The translations under genes were made by a program, and so were the position numbers. The notes below the pieces were generated by a model. The model made no database searches and was not told the DNA's origin. It was given only the letters and a program-made list of their open reading frames with translations. Shown one piece after another: positions 55,150 to 64,000 of a stretch of 64,000 nt of DNA (its first letter is position 1; the number at the start of each line of letters is the position of its first letter). The stretch is from an uncultured virus (IMG/VR IMGVR_UViG_3300050503_000206) (taxonomy: Duplodnaviria > Heunggongvirae > Uroviricota > Caudoviricetes): the IMG/VR virus record IMGVR_UViG_3300050503_000206. The stretch is one strand, 5' to 3'.

Positions 55150-55778
55150 CACGAGTCTCCTTGTCGCTTGCGTTGTCGACAGGCTTCGTTGCGGTCGTAA
55201 TGACAACGACGGCAATAACGTCCTTGTTTGTTGAAGGCGGTGTTCTCGGGCGTGAACTCATGTCCGCGTTTGCAGTGCGTTGACGATCGCAACGGAAGGC
55301 CCTTCCGGGTGCGCGACTGCAGGCGGCGCTCACGATCGCATGTCCGACAGTACCGACCAATCTTGGTCACGCGAACGTTGGCGCCAGAGAGTAGATGCCC
55401 GTGCACGCAGTGAGTCTTGCGCGCGTTGACAGCCGCGGGACCATTGCCCCGCAGCGTGTTCTCTCGATGCGTAGCAGGACGCACGTGATGAGGGTTCACG
55501 CAGGATGGCGTGTCGCAGATATAGTGGTCGAGCACCAGATCGGCATCGGCCTTGCCGAAGACGGACTCGTACGCGAAGCGGTGCGCTTGGAGCGGAACAT
55601 GCTTGTTGTCGCCGTAGAACTTGCCGTGACCAGACGGCAAGCTCGCAGCGCCCAGCCACAACCAGCACCCACTATTGGGTTCCGGCATCGCGCGCTCCCA
55701 GAAGCGCGGAGGCAGCCGTTCGTCGCCAAACTGAGCGAGGTCGGCCAGCACATCCGACACTGTGTCTTCGAGGGTCAT
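55149..55778 (-). CDS. HNH homing-type endonuclease
   Basis: EPNSGCWLW; AHRFAYE; LDHYICDTPSCVNPHH; two THCxxGH...CRxC fingers. Confidence 0.88.
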   Translation of the reverse strand: MTLEDTVSDVLADLAQFGDERLPPRFWERAMPEPNSGCWLWLGAASLPSGHGKFYGDNKHVPLQAHRFAYESVFGKADADLVLDHYICDTPSCVNPHHVRPATHRENTLRGNGPAAVNARKTHCVHGHLLSGANVRVTKIGRYCRTCDRERRLQSRTRKGLPLRSSTHCKRGHEFTPENTAFNKQGRYCRRCHYDRNEACRQRKRQGDS

Positions 55779-56890
55779 CGCTTGTGCTCCGGGCAGAGCG
55801 CGCTGTGCTCGACGATGGGCTCGATGCAGCGGCAGCGCGGCGTGTACGGAACGCCGACCTCCGCGCAGATCTCACGGGCGGCGTGCTCGGTGTTGCCGAG
55901 CTCGCACAGATCATCGAGGTCGTTGCTCTTCGGATGCGTGCACGCCTGCACGTTGAAGAGCACGGGGTAGATCTCGCTGTACCCCCATCCTTCGAGACCC
56001 GGCACGCCGGCCAGCAGTTCGACGAAGCGGCCGTAGGTGATCGGTGCCGACGGGTCGATGTAGGCCGCGACGATCGTGAGCACGCGATGCAGGTCGACTA
56101 CGCGCTCCGGCGGCGGCACGAGGTAGAAGGTATCGATGGGCAGCAGGCAGAACGGCTCCTTGGCGACGTAGTAGCCGTCGGCGCGCCGGGTGAACTGGAC
56201 GGTCTCGACGCTGCCGGTGGCACGACGGATCTGCCCGAGCATAGTCGTGGGGCGCTCGCGCTTCGTGGCGCCGTACGTGAACGGCACCGCTCCGCCACCA
56301 CCGCCGCCGTGGACGACGGTACGCTCGGTTCGTCCAGTGCCGCCACCACCTGCCGGACCGTGCAACACGACGCCGTGGGGCACGAACTCGACGTGCTGCT
56401 CGACCTCTCCCTTGGGGCAAAGACGACGAGCCTCGTCGAGACCGTAGCGCTGTGCGAGGTTCCGGAAGACCGCGGTGGGCTTGCCGGCGTCTTGGCTTCC
56501 GTCGTCGAACGCCTCTGCCCACGCGAGGCGTGCCTCGTCCCGCTCTGCGGCCGTGTGCAACGCGGCCTTGTAGAACGAGAATATGTCACTGTCGTGTCCT
56601 TGGATGATCTGAGGCTTGGCTGCCTCTTCGCGGGCTTGCTCGGCGAGGCCGGCTTGCACGATCGCGGTCTTGACCAGGTCTCGCATGAACGCGAGCTGCT
56701 CGCGCAGCAAGCGATTCTCGGTTTCGAACGGCATGAGCCGTCGCACCTCGTCGGCGAGCTCGCCGTTGGCGTCCATGAGCGCCTTGCGGTCGGCCGCGAG
56801 ACTGCGGACGCCGGCGAGGATGACGTCCTCGTCGGTGTCGATGCCGGCGGCTTTGAGGATGTCGAGGATCGCGTCGATGCTGTCTTTCAT
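55775..56890 (-). CDS. Hypothetical multi-domain protein
   Basis: GGAGG RBS; coiled-coil N-terminus. Confidence 0.55.
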   Translation of the reverse strand: MKDSIDAILDILKAAGIDTDEDVILAGVRSLAADRKALMDANGELADEVRRLMPFETENRLLREQLAFMRDLVKTAIVQAGLAEQAREEAAKPQIIQGHDSDIFSFYKAALHTAAERDEARLAWAEAFDDGSQDAGKPTAVFRNLAQRYGLDEARRLCPKGEVEQHVEFVPHGVVLHGPAGGGGTGRTERTVVHGGGGGGAVPFTYGATKRERPTTMLGQIRRATGSVETVQFTRRADGYYVAKEPFCLLPIDTFYLVPPPERVVDLHRVLTIVAAYIDPSAPITYGRFVELLAGVPGLEGWGYSEIYPVLFNVQACTHPKSNDLDDLCELGNTEHAAREICAEVGVPYTPRCRCIEPIVEHSALCPEHKR

Positions 56891-57582
56891 GGTGTGCCTC
56901 CGTTCGGCTCCGGGCATTCGCCCATGGCGATCGCGTTGCCGTTGACTTCCCACGTCACGTCTCCGTAGCGCACGGACGGCCATCGCGGCGCGCCTTGTGG
57001 TTGTCCAGCGGGCAGGATGTTGATCTGGTGGATCACGGATTCGACCGCTTCATCGATCCCAGTGACTCCCGTCTTCGCGGGCTGATCTCTGCCTGCGTAC
57101 CAACGGTTCAGCACGACTTGGTCGATGCGACCCAAGTTGATCGCGGTGATCTCGTCTGCCGAGAAGACGGCGAGCAGCTTCGAGTCGTCGCGTAGCACCT
57201 CGGCTCCCATGGGTGGCGTCGCGGTCGAGCGGTCGACGTCACCGCGCCTCATCGCCTCCCATGCGGCGCCGCACTGTTCTCGGATGTCCTCTTTTTTGTA
57301 GATGTCGTCGTTCCAGTGTCGTTGACTCTGGAACATTCGATCGATGTCGTGATGGATGCTCTTCTCCAACAGCGTCGTCGCACTCTGATACCCGGCCGCG
57401 AACGCCCAGATCTGTTGACGCTCCTCGTCGCTGAGTCGTCGCTCCTGCAGCTGCGGCTGCGGTCCGACGCGATTCCATATCCTGTGCCCCATGGTGGCGT
57501 GCCAGAGCATCAGCCAATGCAGAAGGCTGTAGTCGTCGTGATACACGACGCCGCATGTCATACACGTCGCGCGGGTCTTCAT
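56887..57582 (-). CDS. Hypothetical protein
   Basis: AAGGAG RBS; ATGA coupling. Confidence 0.55.
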   Translation of the reverse strand: MKTRATCMTCGVVYHDDYSLLHWLMLWHATMGHRIWNRVGPQPQLQERRLSDEERQQIWAFAAGYQSATTLLEKSIHHDIDRMFQSQRHWNDDIYKKEDIREQCGAAWEAMRRGDVDRSTATPPMGAEVLRDDSKLLAVFSADEITAINLGRIDQVVLNRWYAGRDQPAKTGVTGIDEAVESVIHQINILPAGQPQGAPRWPSVRYGDVTWEVNGNAIAMGECPEPNGGTP

Positions 57583-59063
57583 GGGATCTCCTTGGTGACG
57601 TCGACGAGGGTGCCGGACTGGTCGGCTTGCCGCGCCATGACGACGTCGAAACGGCTGTGGCGAATCGCGAGGAAACGGACGAGACCGGCCGCGTCGGCGA
57701 CGTGGGCCTGTACGCCCAGCGCACCGCGGATCCACACGCGCGCGCCGGGCAGGGCGGCGCGGATCGGATCGGTGCAGCGGATGAGGACCTCGACCTCGGA
57801 CGGCGTCTCGACGATCGTGCGTCCGAACGTGCCGTCGTAGAGCGGAACCGGCTTGTCTTCGGCGCCAGCGAGGGCCTCGGCGTCGGCGCGACCGAGAACA
57901 TGCAGCGAGCTGCGGCGGCACGCGATCGCGTAGGGCAGTCCGAGGAGGCTTGCCGCGTCGCCTTCGAGAAACTCGGCGGGCTGGCGTGGCCACTGCTCGC
58001 CGAGCTCGGCGTGGCCTTGGCCGACCCACGTGATCCGCTCGCGCAACCGCTGCAGGTCGAACGTCTCGAGACCGAGAAGCCGCGCGAGGTCGAGGTCGTA
58101 GGCCTCGGCCAGGATCCGCCACTCGTCCGCGGTGCCCGTCGGCATCGTCATCTCGCCGGTCGCGTCGCCCCCGAACCGGTGGAGCTCGGCGCACACGGCC
58201 TCGAGCGCGGGCGCGTCGTCGAGGGCCGGACGGTCGATCCCCATGATGGCCGCGAACGCCGACAACGCGCAGGCGAAGTCGACCTCGGACGCGTTGGCCG
58301 CGGCGTCGTCGGCCCACGAGCCGTGCTCGCCGGCAAGGTAGAGCTGCGTGGAGCGGGCGCGCGCGGCCGCGACGGCGGCGTTGGCCTCGTCGGATCCTTG
58401 CGGATCGGCGTGGCCGACCACGAGTGCGTGCATGCCCTGCGCGCGCACGAGGAATGCAGCTGCAGCGCCGCGGGCGGTGCCGACGACGGGCAGCGGCATG
58501 CCGTCGACGACCTCGATCCTCGGCCTCGTGCCGCCCCAGCGCATCACCGTCGATCCCTGGGCGTAGCCGTCGAGCAGGATCTCGGTGGTCTTGGGGCGCC
58601 GCACGGCGACGGTGCGCTCGCCGGTGGACAGCCAGAAGGACTCGGTGCGGTGGGCCTCGACGAGGATCGTCCTGCTTCGCGCGTTGAACTTCTCGATCTC
58701 GGACAGCTCCCGGCGCGGTGCAATGGCGGGCGGCGTCACGAAGCGGATCTCGTGGTGTCCCTCGCGGATCTCGACGGACGCGAGTCCGGTGTCGTCCGTG
58801 GTGACTGTGGAGCCGATCTCGACGATCTCGAGATCGGCGTCGGCAATAGGGGTGCCGTCGTCGACGAGCACGCGCACGGCGAGTCGCGCGGTCGCCCGCA
58901 GGGGCTCGGTGGCGCTCGAGCGTGGGGTCGATGGCGGCGGACGATCGATCGTGGCCAGATCGACGACGCCGTGATCGTGTCTCTGTGCCGTGCCCGGGTG
59001 GACGCGATGTCCCCGGGTCGAGTCGCCCCACAGCCGGATCCGCGGAACGTCGTCGTCGCTCAT
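57579..59063 (-). CDS. OmpA-like peptidoglycan-binding domain protein with Ig-like flanks
   Basis: LVVGHADPQGSDEANAAVAAARARS; TTDDTGLA and ADAAGLV beta-sandwich motifs; GGAGG RBS. Confidence 0.65.
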   Translation of the reverse strand: MSDDDVPRIRLWGDSTRGHRVHPGTAQRHDHGVVDLATIDRPPPSTPRSSATEPLRATARLAVRVLVDDGTPIADADLEIVEIGSTVTTDDTGLASVEIREGHHEIRFVTPPAIAPRRELSEIEKFNARSRTILVEAHRTESFWLSTGERTVAVRRPKTTEILLDGYAQGSTVMRWGGTRPRIEVVDGMPLPVVGTARGAAAAFLVRAQGMHALVVGHADPQGSDEANAAVAAARARSTQLYLAGEHGSWADDAAANASEVDFACALSAFAAIMGIDRPALDDAPALEAVCAELHRFGGDATGEMTMPTGTADEWRILAEAYDLDLARLLGLETFDLQRLRERITWVGQGHAELGEQWPRQPAEFLEGDAASLLGLPYAIACRRSSLHVLGRADAEALAGAEDKPVPLYDGTFGRTIVETPSEVEVLIRCTDPIRAALPGARVWIRGALGVQAHVADAAGLVRFLAIRHSRFDVVMARQADQSGTLVDVTKEIP

Positions 59064-60574
59064 GGCCTCCTCCCCATAGCCGGGCACTTGTACGAAGGTA
59101 CGCCGTGCTTACAGTCGCCAGAGGCGTGCACGGCAGGACACTCGGATGGCCTCGCTTCGAAGCCGGGGCACCACGGCGGCGCGCAGGTCTCGGGCTCTCG
59201 CCATGGCCGACCCGGACCGTCCGCGCGTGGATCGGCGGGATCGATCGCGATCGAGCAGAGTCCTCGTCGCTCCCAGTAGTGCCGGCAGTCGATGCACTTC
59301 AGAATCGGAGCCGATTCTGCTGGGGCGGGCGCTCGGGCGGCCAGCACCGCGTCGAGACGATTGGAGATGACTTGGGCGCGGGCCCTCTGCGTCGCAACCG
59401 ATCCCGCCGGAGCGGGAGCAGCGGAGGACACCGCGGAGGGAACCGAAGCTCGCTCCGCGTCTGCAAGGCTGTCACGCTGCTCGCCGCCTTCGGCGGTCTC
59501 GGAACTCGTCTGGGACAGGTGCGCGAGCATGCGCGCGGCCGCAAGACGCACGTCCTCGGCCTCGCGCACGAGCTGCGGCAGCAGGTGCAGCAGCGCGGCG
59601 CGGTTGGTCTTGGTGGTTGGCTGGCCGTCTTCGTGGTGCGTGCCGTCCCATCCGAATCGAAGGATCTTGCCGACGAGCTGGATCGCGCCGTGGGCGTTGC
59701 CGAAGATCGGCACCATCACCTCGATGATCTCGTTGCACTCCTCGACGAGGTGGCCGAGCTTCGCCTGCAATGTCTTGGGCTCGTACTCGGGGCGCTTGGT
59801 CCACGTCGGGTCGAGCGGATCACGGACGGCGGCGGCCCGGTTGCGCAGCGCTCGCTCGCGGATGAGGTAGCGGCGGACCGAGGCGCTGTCACAGACCGGT
59901 TCGAAGTACTCGCGCCGGCACTGCGCTTCGGCGACCTCGAGCTCCTCGGGCGTGAGGCCGGCACGCCAATGCACACGCTCTGCCGCGTGTTTCGCCTCGG
60001 ACGCGAGCAGTACCTCGGCGAACTTCGCCTGCTCCTCGGGCGTGAGATCGGTCGGGTCGCGTTCGCTCCGCGCCCCGTCCTCGGCGTCCCACCGCACTTC
60101 CGCGTCGATGTCGGGATCGGGGTGCATCACCAGATCCTCGCCGCACTCGCGGCAGCGCTTGCGGATCACGAAGTTGGCGCATCCGCAGTTCGGGCAGCCC
60201 GGTGCGTTCTGGGCGCCCTGGGGCGCCGGCGATTCACGGCAGAGCGCGGAGTCCATCACGTGACAGACGAGTTCGCCGAACTGGGTCGTGAGCCACGCTA
60301 CACGCTGTTCGCGCGACTCGGTCTTCGCGTAGCCCTTCACGTCGATCCGGTCGCGCAGCCAGTCGAGCCGCACGTGTCGGATCGCCATGGAATCGACGAG
60401 CGCACGGGGCACGGGCACGTCGGTCGTACGATGGCCGAGCGCGGCGTCGCGCGAGTACAGCCCGGCTTTGTCGAGTTCGCACGTGTACCCCTTGCCGTCG
60501 GGACACCAGAACATCGCGCAGTTGCCGACGACGGTGCGCGCATCGAGGATGTAGAACTCGTCGTCGTCAGCCAC
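59060..60574 (-). CDS. Mosaic protein with MazG/NTP-pyrophosphatase-like segment
   Basis: LGHLVEECNEII...GKILRFG...REAEDV; N-terminal FW..DGKGYT.ELDKAGLY phage module. Confidence 0.55.
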   Translation of the reverse strand: MADDDEFYILDARTVVGNCAMFWCPDGKGYTCELDKAGLYSRDAALGHRTTDVPVPRALVDSMAIRHVRLDWLRDRIDVKGYAKTESREQRVAWLTTQFGELVCHVMDSALCRESPAPQGAQNAPGCPNCGCANFVIRKRCRECGEDLVMHPDPDIDAEVRWDAEDGARSERDPTDLTPEEQAKFAEVLLASEAKHAAERVHWRAGLTPEELEVAEAQCRREYFEPVCDSASVRRYLIRERALRNRAAAVRDPLDPTWTKRPEYEPKTLQAKLGHLVEECNEIIEVMVPIFGNAHGAIQLVGKILRFGWDGTHHEDGQPTTKTNRAALLHLLPQLVREAEDVRLAAARMLAHLSQTSSETAEGGEQRDSLADAERASVPSAVSSAAPAPAGSVATQRARAQVISNRLDAVLAARAPAPAESAPILKCIDCRHYWERRGLCSIAIDPADPRADGPGRPWREPETCAPPWCPGFEARPSECPAVHASGDCKHGVPSYKCPAMGRRP

Positions 60575-60986
60575 GGTCGTCCTCCGGAAACAGCAGGCGC
60601 GCCTCGTCTTCGCCCCATTGCTTCGCCGCGATCGAGCGTAGACTCTCAGGTCGTGGGCCGCGCTCGGATTGCAACTCGACGAGAGCGATCCGGGCGCTCG
60701 TCAGCGAGTCACGTAGCGCGTTGGCGCGCTGCCTCTCGGCAAAGTACTTCCCTTCGGTGCGCTGCTGCTCGTCGAGCGCGCCCTTGACGATCGGGACTTC
60801 TTCGCCCGTATCCGGGTACACGCTTGGATCGGCGCCGCAGCTCTTGCACGGGTTGTTGTCGGCACGCTCGCGCAGGGCTTCGACGGCCGCAACGACGTGC
60901 TCGGGCTGGTGCTGACCGGGCGACAGTCCGAGCGCGTCGACGAGCAAGAGCTGCAGGGCCGCATACCGGGCTTCGAGGTCATTCAT
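60567..60986 (-). CDS. Hypothetical protein
   Basis: AAGGAG RBS. Confidence 0.5.
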   Translation of the reverse strand: MNDLEARYAALQLLLVDALGLSPGQHQPEHVVAAVEALRERADNNPCKSCGADPSVYPDTGEEVPIVKGALDEQQRTEGKYFAERQRANALRDSLTSARIALVELQSERGPRPESLRSIAAKQWGEDEARLLFPEDDRG

Positions 60987-61297
60987 GGGATCTCCTTGCG
61001 AAGAGTGGCCACGCGCTTGGCGAGCCGCGCGATCGCGCCGTAGTGCTTGGCGGTGTGCATGGCAGCCAGAAGTGGGCGCACGTCGTCCGGCACGCGTTCG
61101 ACTGTCGCCTTCGACGGCGCGTGCCAGCATAGCCACGCGACCAGCGATCTCAGCAGGATCTCGTCGAAGGTGTCCGGATCGCAGGCGCCCGTGCATCGAT
61201 GTCCGGTCGTCGTCGTTTCGCAGCGGTCGCACGGCGTGATGGGCAGGTTGGGCAGCTCGCGAGCTTGGCACTGCGGTCTTTCGGCGTCGTGGTTCAC
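60983..61297 (-). CDS. Hypothetical protein
   Basis: GGAGG RBS; GTGA coupling. Confidence 0.45.
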   Translation of the reverse strand: MNHDAERPQCQARELPNLPITPCDRCETTTTGHRCTGACDPDTFDEILLRSLVAWLCWHAPSKATVERVPDDVRPLLAAMHTAKHYGAIARLAKRVATLRKEIP

Positions 61298-62502
61298 GGG
61301 TCGGCCTCCTCGGCGTGCAGCGTGGCGGATCCGCGGCGAGCGTTGCGTGTACTGACGGCCTTCGCTGCGGCGAACTTGCGACGGAAGTGCTGGATCCTCT
61401 CCGCGGGCAGAGCGTAGAGGCGCGAGACATCGAGCGGCTCGAGTTGAGCCAACGTGGCCGACATGAGGTCGTCGTCGGTCGCGTTCACGAACGACGGATG
61501 CTCGGGGTTGCAGTGGCCCTCCCAGAGGCATGCACACATCGGCATCTGCGCGCCCTTGTAGGCGATCACCGACGTGAGTCCGAGAGTCGCGATGCGTTCC
61601 GTGCCCGCGGGAAGATCGCCTTTCCAGATAGTCTTGTCCTTCGCGGGGATCCGTTCGTGAAGACGCTTCACGCGTCCCGCCAGCGGCGCTGGGATCCCCT
61701 GCCATGGCTCGCGACTGAAGACCTCGACGATGTCGCGCCCGTAGGAAAACGAGACCATGAGGACGCCCGCGGTGCGCACGAGGCGTCCGTAATACGTCAC
61801 CGCACGCTCGACCGGCGGCGTGATGCCGCCGCACAGATCGAGGTTCACGACGTCGATCGTGCCCAGTTCTCGGATAGCCGCGGGCACGTTCGCATGGTCC
61901 CATGCGAAGAGATCCGTGCAGAGCACCACGTCTGCTCCCGCGTCCTTCGCCGCGTCGCAGCACTGCGGATCGATGTCGACTGCGACGATCTGCGCGTGGT
62001 GCAACAGCGAACGGATGCACTCGATCTCTTCTCGAGGATTGCCGCCAGCGAGTGTGAGGACGCGGATCTGCGGATGATGCTGACGGGTCTCGCGTCGGAA
62101 GTGCGCCTGCACCATCTTCCAGTGCTCGCCGCGCGCAAGCCGCTTCGCGTCGGTCGTGGTCGACGCTGTGAACTTCGCGCGCTTGCGTGAACCCGGCGCC
62201 AAGATGGGAGCCAACTCGACGTCCAACATGCCGGATTCGGACCACGCGATGTCGCGAGAGACGTCGATGTCGTGGTTGCGACACGTCGCGCACTTCGGAT
62301 CGCACGTGCCGTCGCATTCGGCGACATACGATCGTTCCATCTCCGCGCTCACGTGGTCCATGTGCTGCTGCGTGGGACGCTCTGCGGATGCGTGCGAACG
62401 CTTCGCCTTGGAGGGTGGGTGATGCTGCCAGCACCATTCACCACGCGTTGCAGGGCGCTGGCATTGCCGACCGTATACGCGACCTTGGCACTGAACGCTC
62501 AC
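61294..62502 (-). CDS. SAM-dependent methyltransferase-like protein with N-terminal zinc finger
   Basis: CQG...QCQRPA..WCWQH; VLTLAGG; IVAVDID; VVNLDLCG; GVLMVSF. Confidence 0.6.
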   Translation of the reverse strand: MSVQCQGRVYGRQCQRPATRGEWCWQHHPPSKAKRSHASAERPTQQHMDHVSAEMERSYVAECDGTCDPKCATCRNHDIDVSRDIAWSESGMLDVELAPILAPGSRKRAKFTASTTTDAKRLARGEHWKMVQAHFRRETRQHHPQIRVLTLAGGNPREEIECIRSLLHHAQIVAVDIDPQCCDAAKDAGADVVLCTDLFAWDHANVPAAIRELGTIDVVNLDLCGGITPPVERAVTYYGRLVRTAGVLMVSFSYGRDIVEVFSREPWQGIPAPLAGRVKRLHERIPAKDKTIWKGDLPAGTERIATLGLTSVIAYKGAQMPMCACLWEGHCNPEHPSFVNATDDDLMSATLAQLEPLDVSRLYALPAERIQHFRRKFAAAKAVSTRNARRGSATLHAEEADP

Positions 62503-62903
62503 GACGACTCCTCGTCGAACAACCGCAACGTCAAGTCGATGCGCTCGCGCAGACGTCGGAGTCCGTCGAGCGTGACATGATGAGCATCCGTCAGTACGAA
62601 GCGGCACCCATGATGGTCCAGTTCCAGCGGATCGATCACTTCGATCGTCATCGGGATCTCGTGACCTTCAAACTCGTCGAATGGCGCGATCTCGCTGACG
62701 TGGAATCGCCACACGTGCTCGACGATCTCCATCTCGAGGGAGTCACGTTCGACGAGCGCCAAGAGCCACTCGCGTGCATCTGCACAGCGACGCGGTGACC
62801 CCGATCCGAGGACATCGATCGCGACATCGATCACCGTGCATCCGTCGTGCTCGCGCACGTACTGCACGATCTTGTCGACGGTCGACTTGTCATCAGTCGT
62901 CAT
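62499..62903 (-). CDS. Winged-helix-like hypothetical protein
   Basis: IVQYVREHDGCTVIDVA...LLALVERD. Confidence 0.5.
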   Translation of the reverse strand: MTTDDKSTVDKIVQYVREHDGCTVIDVAIDVLGSGSPRRCADAREWLLALVERDSLEMEIVEHVWRFHVSEIAPFDEFEGHEIPMTIEVIDPLELDHHGCRFVLTDAHHVTLDGLRRLRERIDLTLRLFDEESS

Positions 62904-63379
62904 CTGCGGTCTCCGCCGAGCATCGTTCGTGCAGCACGCAGTACCTCCCACGCCTCGTCGTCGTGGCAGGCGTGCGCCCACGCGACGAACACGTCGTGGG
63001 AGCGACGGGCGGCGATGGCCGCCTCGATCTCGGGCTCGAGCGCCGCGATGACCTTCGGATCCACATCGACGATGGCGTCGAGCCAGTCGAGCCGCAACGA
63101 AACGGGATCGTGGATGCAGCGGACGTGGGCGAGCGCGTCGTAGATGTCCTTGCGGGTGGCCGCGAGCCGCAGTGCGGCCCAGTAGATCGGCAGATCCGGC
63201 GCGGCAAGAGCAGCGAGCGGATCGACGCTGCGGATCCGCTCTGTCAGGGCGTTCTTGCGCGCGCAGATCATGTCCATCTCGTGGTAGTGGTGTTGTTCGG
63301 GATTGCTTTCGCTGAGCTGTACGAGAGCAGCGATGAGGTCTTCGACGGCGGGCACGGCAGGGATCGTGGTGTGGCTCAT
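62900..63379 (-). CDS. Hypothetical protein
   Basis: GGAG RBS; ATGA coupling. Confidence 0.5.
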   Translation of the reverse strand: MSHTTIPAVPAVEDLIAALVQLSESNPEQHHYHEMDMICARKNALTERIRSVDPLAALAAPDLPIYWAALRLAATRKDIYDALAHVRCIHDPVSLRLDWLDAIVDVDPKVIAALEPEIEAAIAARRSHDVFVAWAHACHDDEAWEVLRAARTMLGGDRR

Positions 63380-63738
63380 CTGCGATCTCCATCGGCAGCG
63401 GAGGTTCGCGGCACAAGTCCCAACTTGGGCCGTTTCAAGTCCCGCACCGCCCGCAACGTCGCCTGCGTGCGGATCATGCAGTCGGCCTGCACGAGGTTGG
63501 CGACGATCTGCTCGTCGATCGAGCTCGGCAGCGACGACCCTTCTTCCGCCGCGACCTCGCGCGCGTCCTGGTAGGCCTTGAACGCCGCGTCGAGCATGTC
63601 GACGACGCGCTTGAGGGCCCCAGCCGCGCGCATGGACACCGCCGGCGTGGGTGTGTCGGCGGTGAAGACATGGTCGCCGCCGTGCCCTTCGGGCAACGAG
63701 CAGCGGCCTTTTTGCGAATGACCCCACGGGCAGTCCAT
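63376..63738 (-). CDS. Hypothetical protein
   Basis: CSLPEGHGGDH metal-binding motif; coupled. Confidence 0.5.
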   Translation of the reverse strand: MDCPWGHSQKGRCSLPEGHGGDHVFTADTPTPAVSMRAAGALKRVVDMLDAAFKAYQDAREVAAEEGSSLPSSIDEQIVANLVQADCMIRTQATLRAVRDLKRPKLGLVPRTSAADGDRR

Positions 63739-64000
63739 GGCTCACTCCCACGGACTCGGCGTGCCCGGTGCGTAGCAGTAGTGGTTCAGCATCCAGTTGG
63801 GGCCCGTGCCCGGATACCCGAACGGGTAACCCGTCCACGGATGCCCGTTGATGTTGGCGGCTGCCAAGAACGCGGCGCCCTCGGGTCCCATCGCAGTCGA
63901 GTGACCCGCTTGGTGATCGCACAGAAACGCGAAGCGACCCGCGTTGGCGGTGTCGAGCGCGAGGGCCTCGCTCGGCTCGACGAAGTCGTGGCACGTGCCC

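Noticed and set aside
990..63994. Many long Arg/Ala/Pro-rich alternative-frame and antisense ORFs (e.g. 33510-35570, 56887-59031, 58922-60787)
   Set aside because: Expected shadow ORFs in high-GC DNA. They overlap genes with clear motifs, and only the coupled 3' parts of some were kept.
1..64000. Alternative genetic code
   Set aside because: Recognisable genes are full length under the standard code and end in TGA, TAG or TAA; no suppressor tRNA is seen.

Overview
GC-rich, gene-dense segment with many ATGA/GTGA gene overlaps. It reads as part of a large temperate virus or phage-plasmid. The host is most plausibly a myxobacterium (Myxococcota), inferred from a Myxococcus-like PilA and Cys-rich myxobacterial-style lipoproteins. 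No capsid, terminase, portal or tail-tube gene is recognisable in the window. (1) 1-7.7 kb, + strand: a putative late/virion module with a Gly-rich fibre C-terminus, three membrane proteins carrying Asn-Pro-bounded poly-Arg tags (two with peptidoglycan-binding-like domains), and membrane-anchored M23, lytic transglycosylase, M15-like and esterase enzymes. (2) 7.9-19.3 kb, - strand: DUF2935, DUF4326, Gp37/Gp68 (DUF5131), a DNA methyltransferase, a HerA-like ATPase, and a Cre-like tyrosine recombinase with a dif/lox-like inverted repeat directly upstream. (3) 19.3-30 kb: a control region with two XRE-HTH genes around an array of 22-bp palindromes, a SWIM-DDE transposase, a metzincin, DUF2786, and a type IV pilin moron with its own sigma54-type promoter and terminator. 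(4) 30-64 kb, mostly - strand early/accessory genes: Mom-like GNAT, Acb2/Tad1-like protein, sigma70 factor, HAD, DEDD exonuclease, radical SAM, two HNH nucleases, DUF1643, ASCH, tRNA-Phe, mosaic proteins joined by shared DNA linkers, and OmpA-like, MazG-like and methyltransferase-like proteins. All family calls come from motif recognition by eye, not database searches. Start codons were often moved downstream of the ORF-track start.
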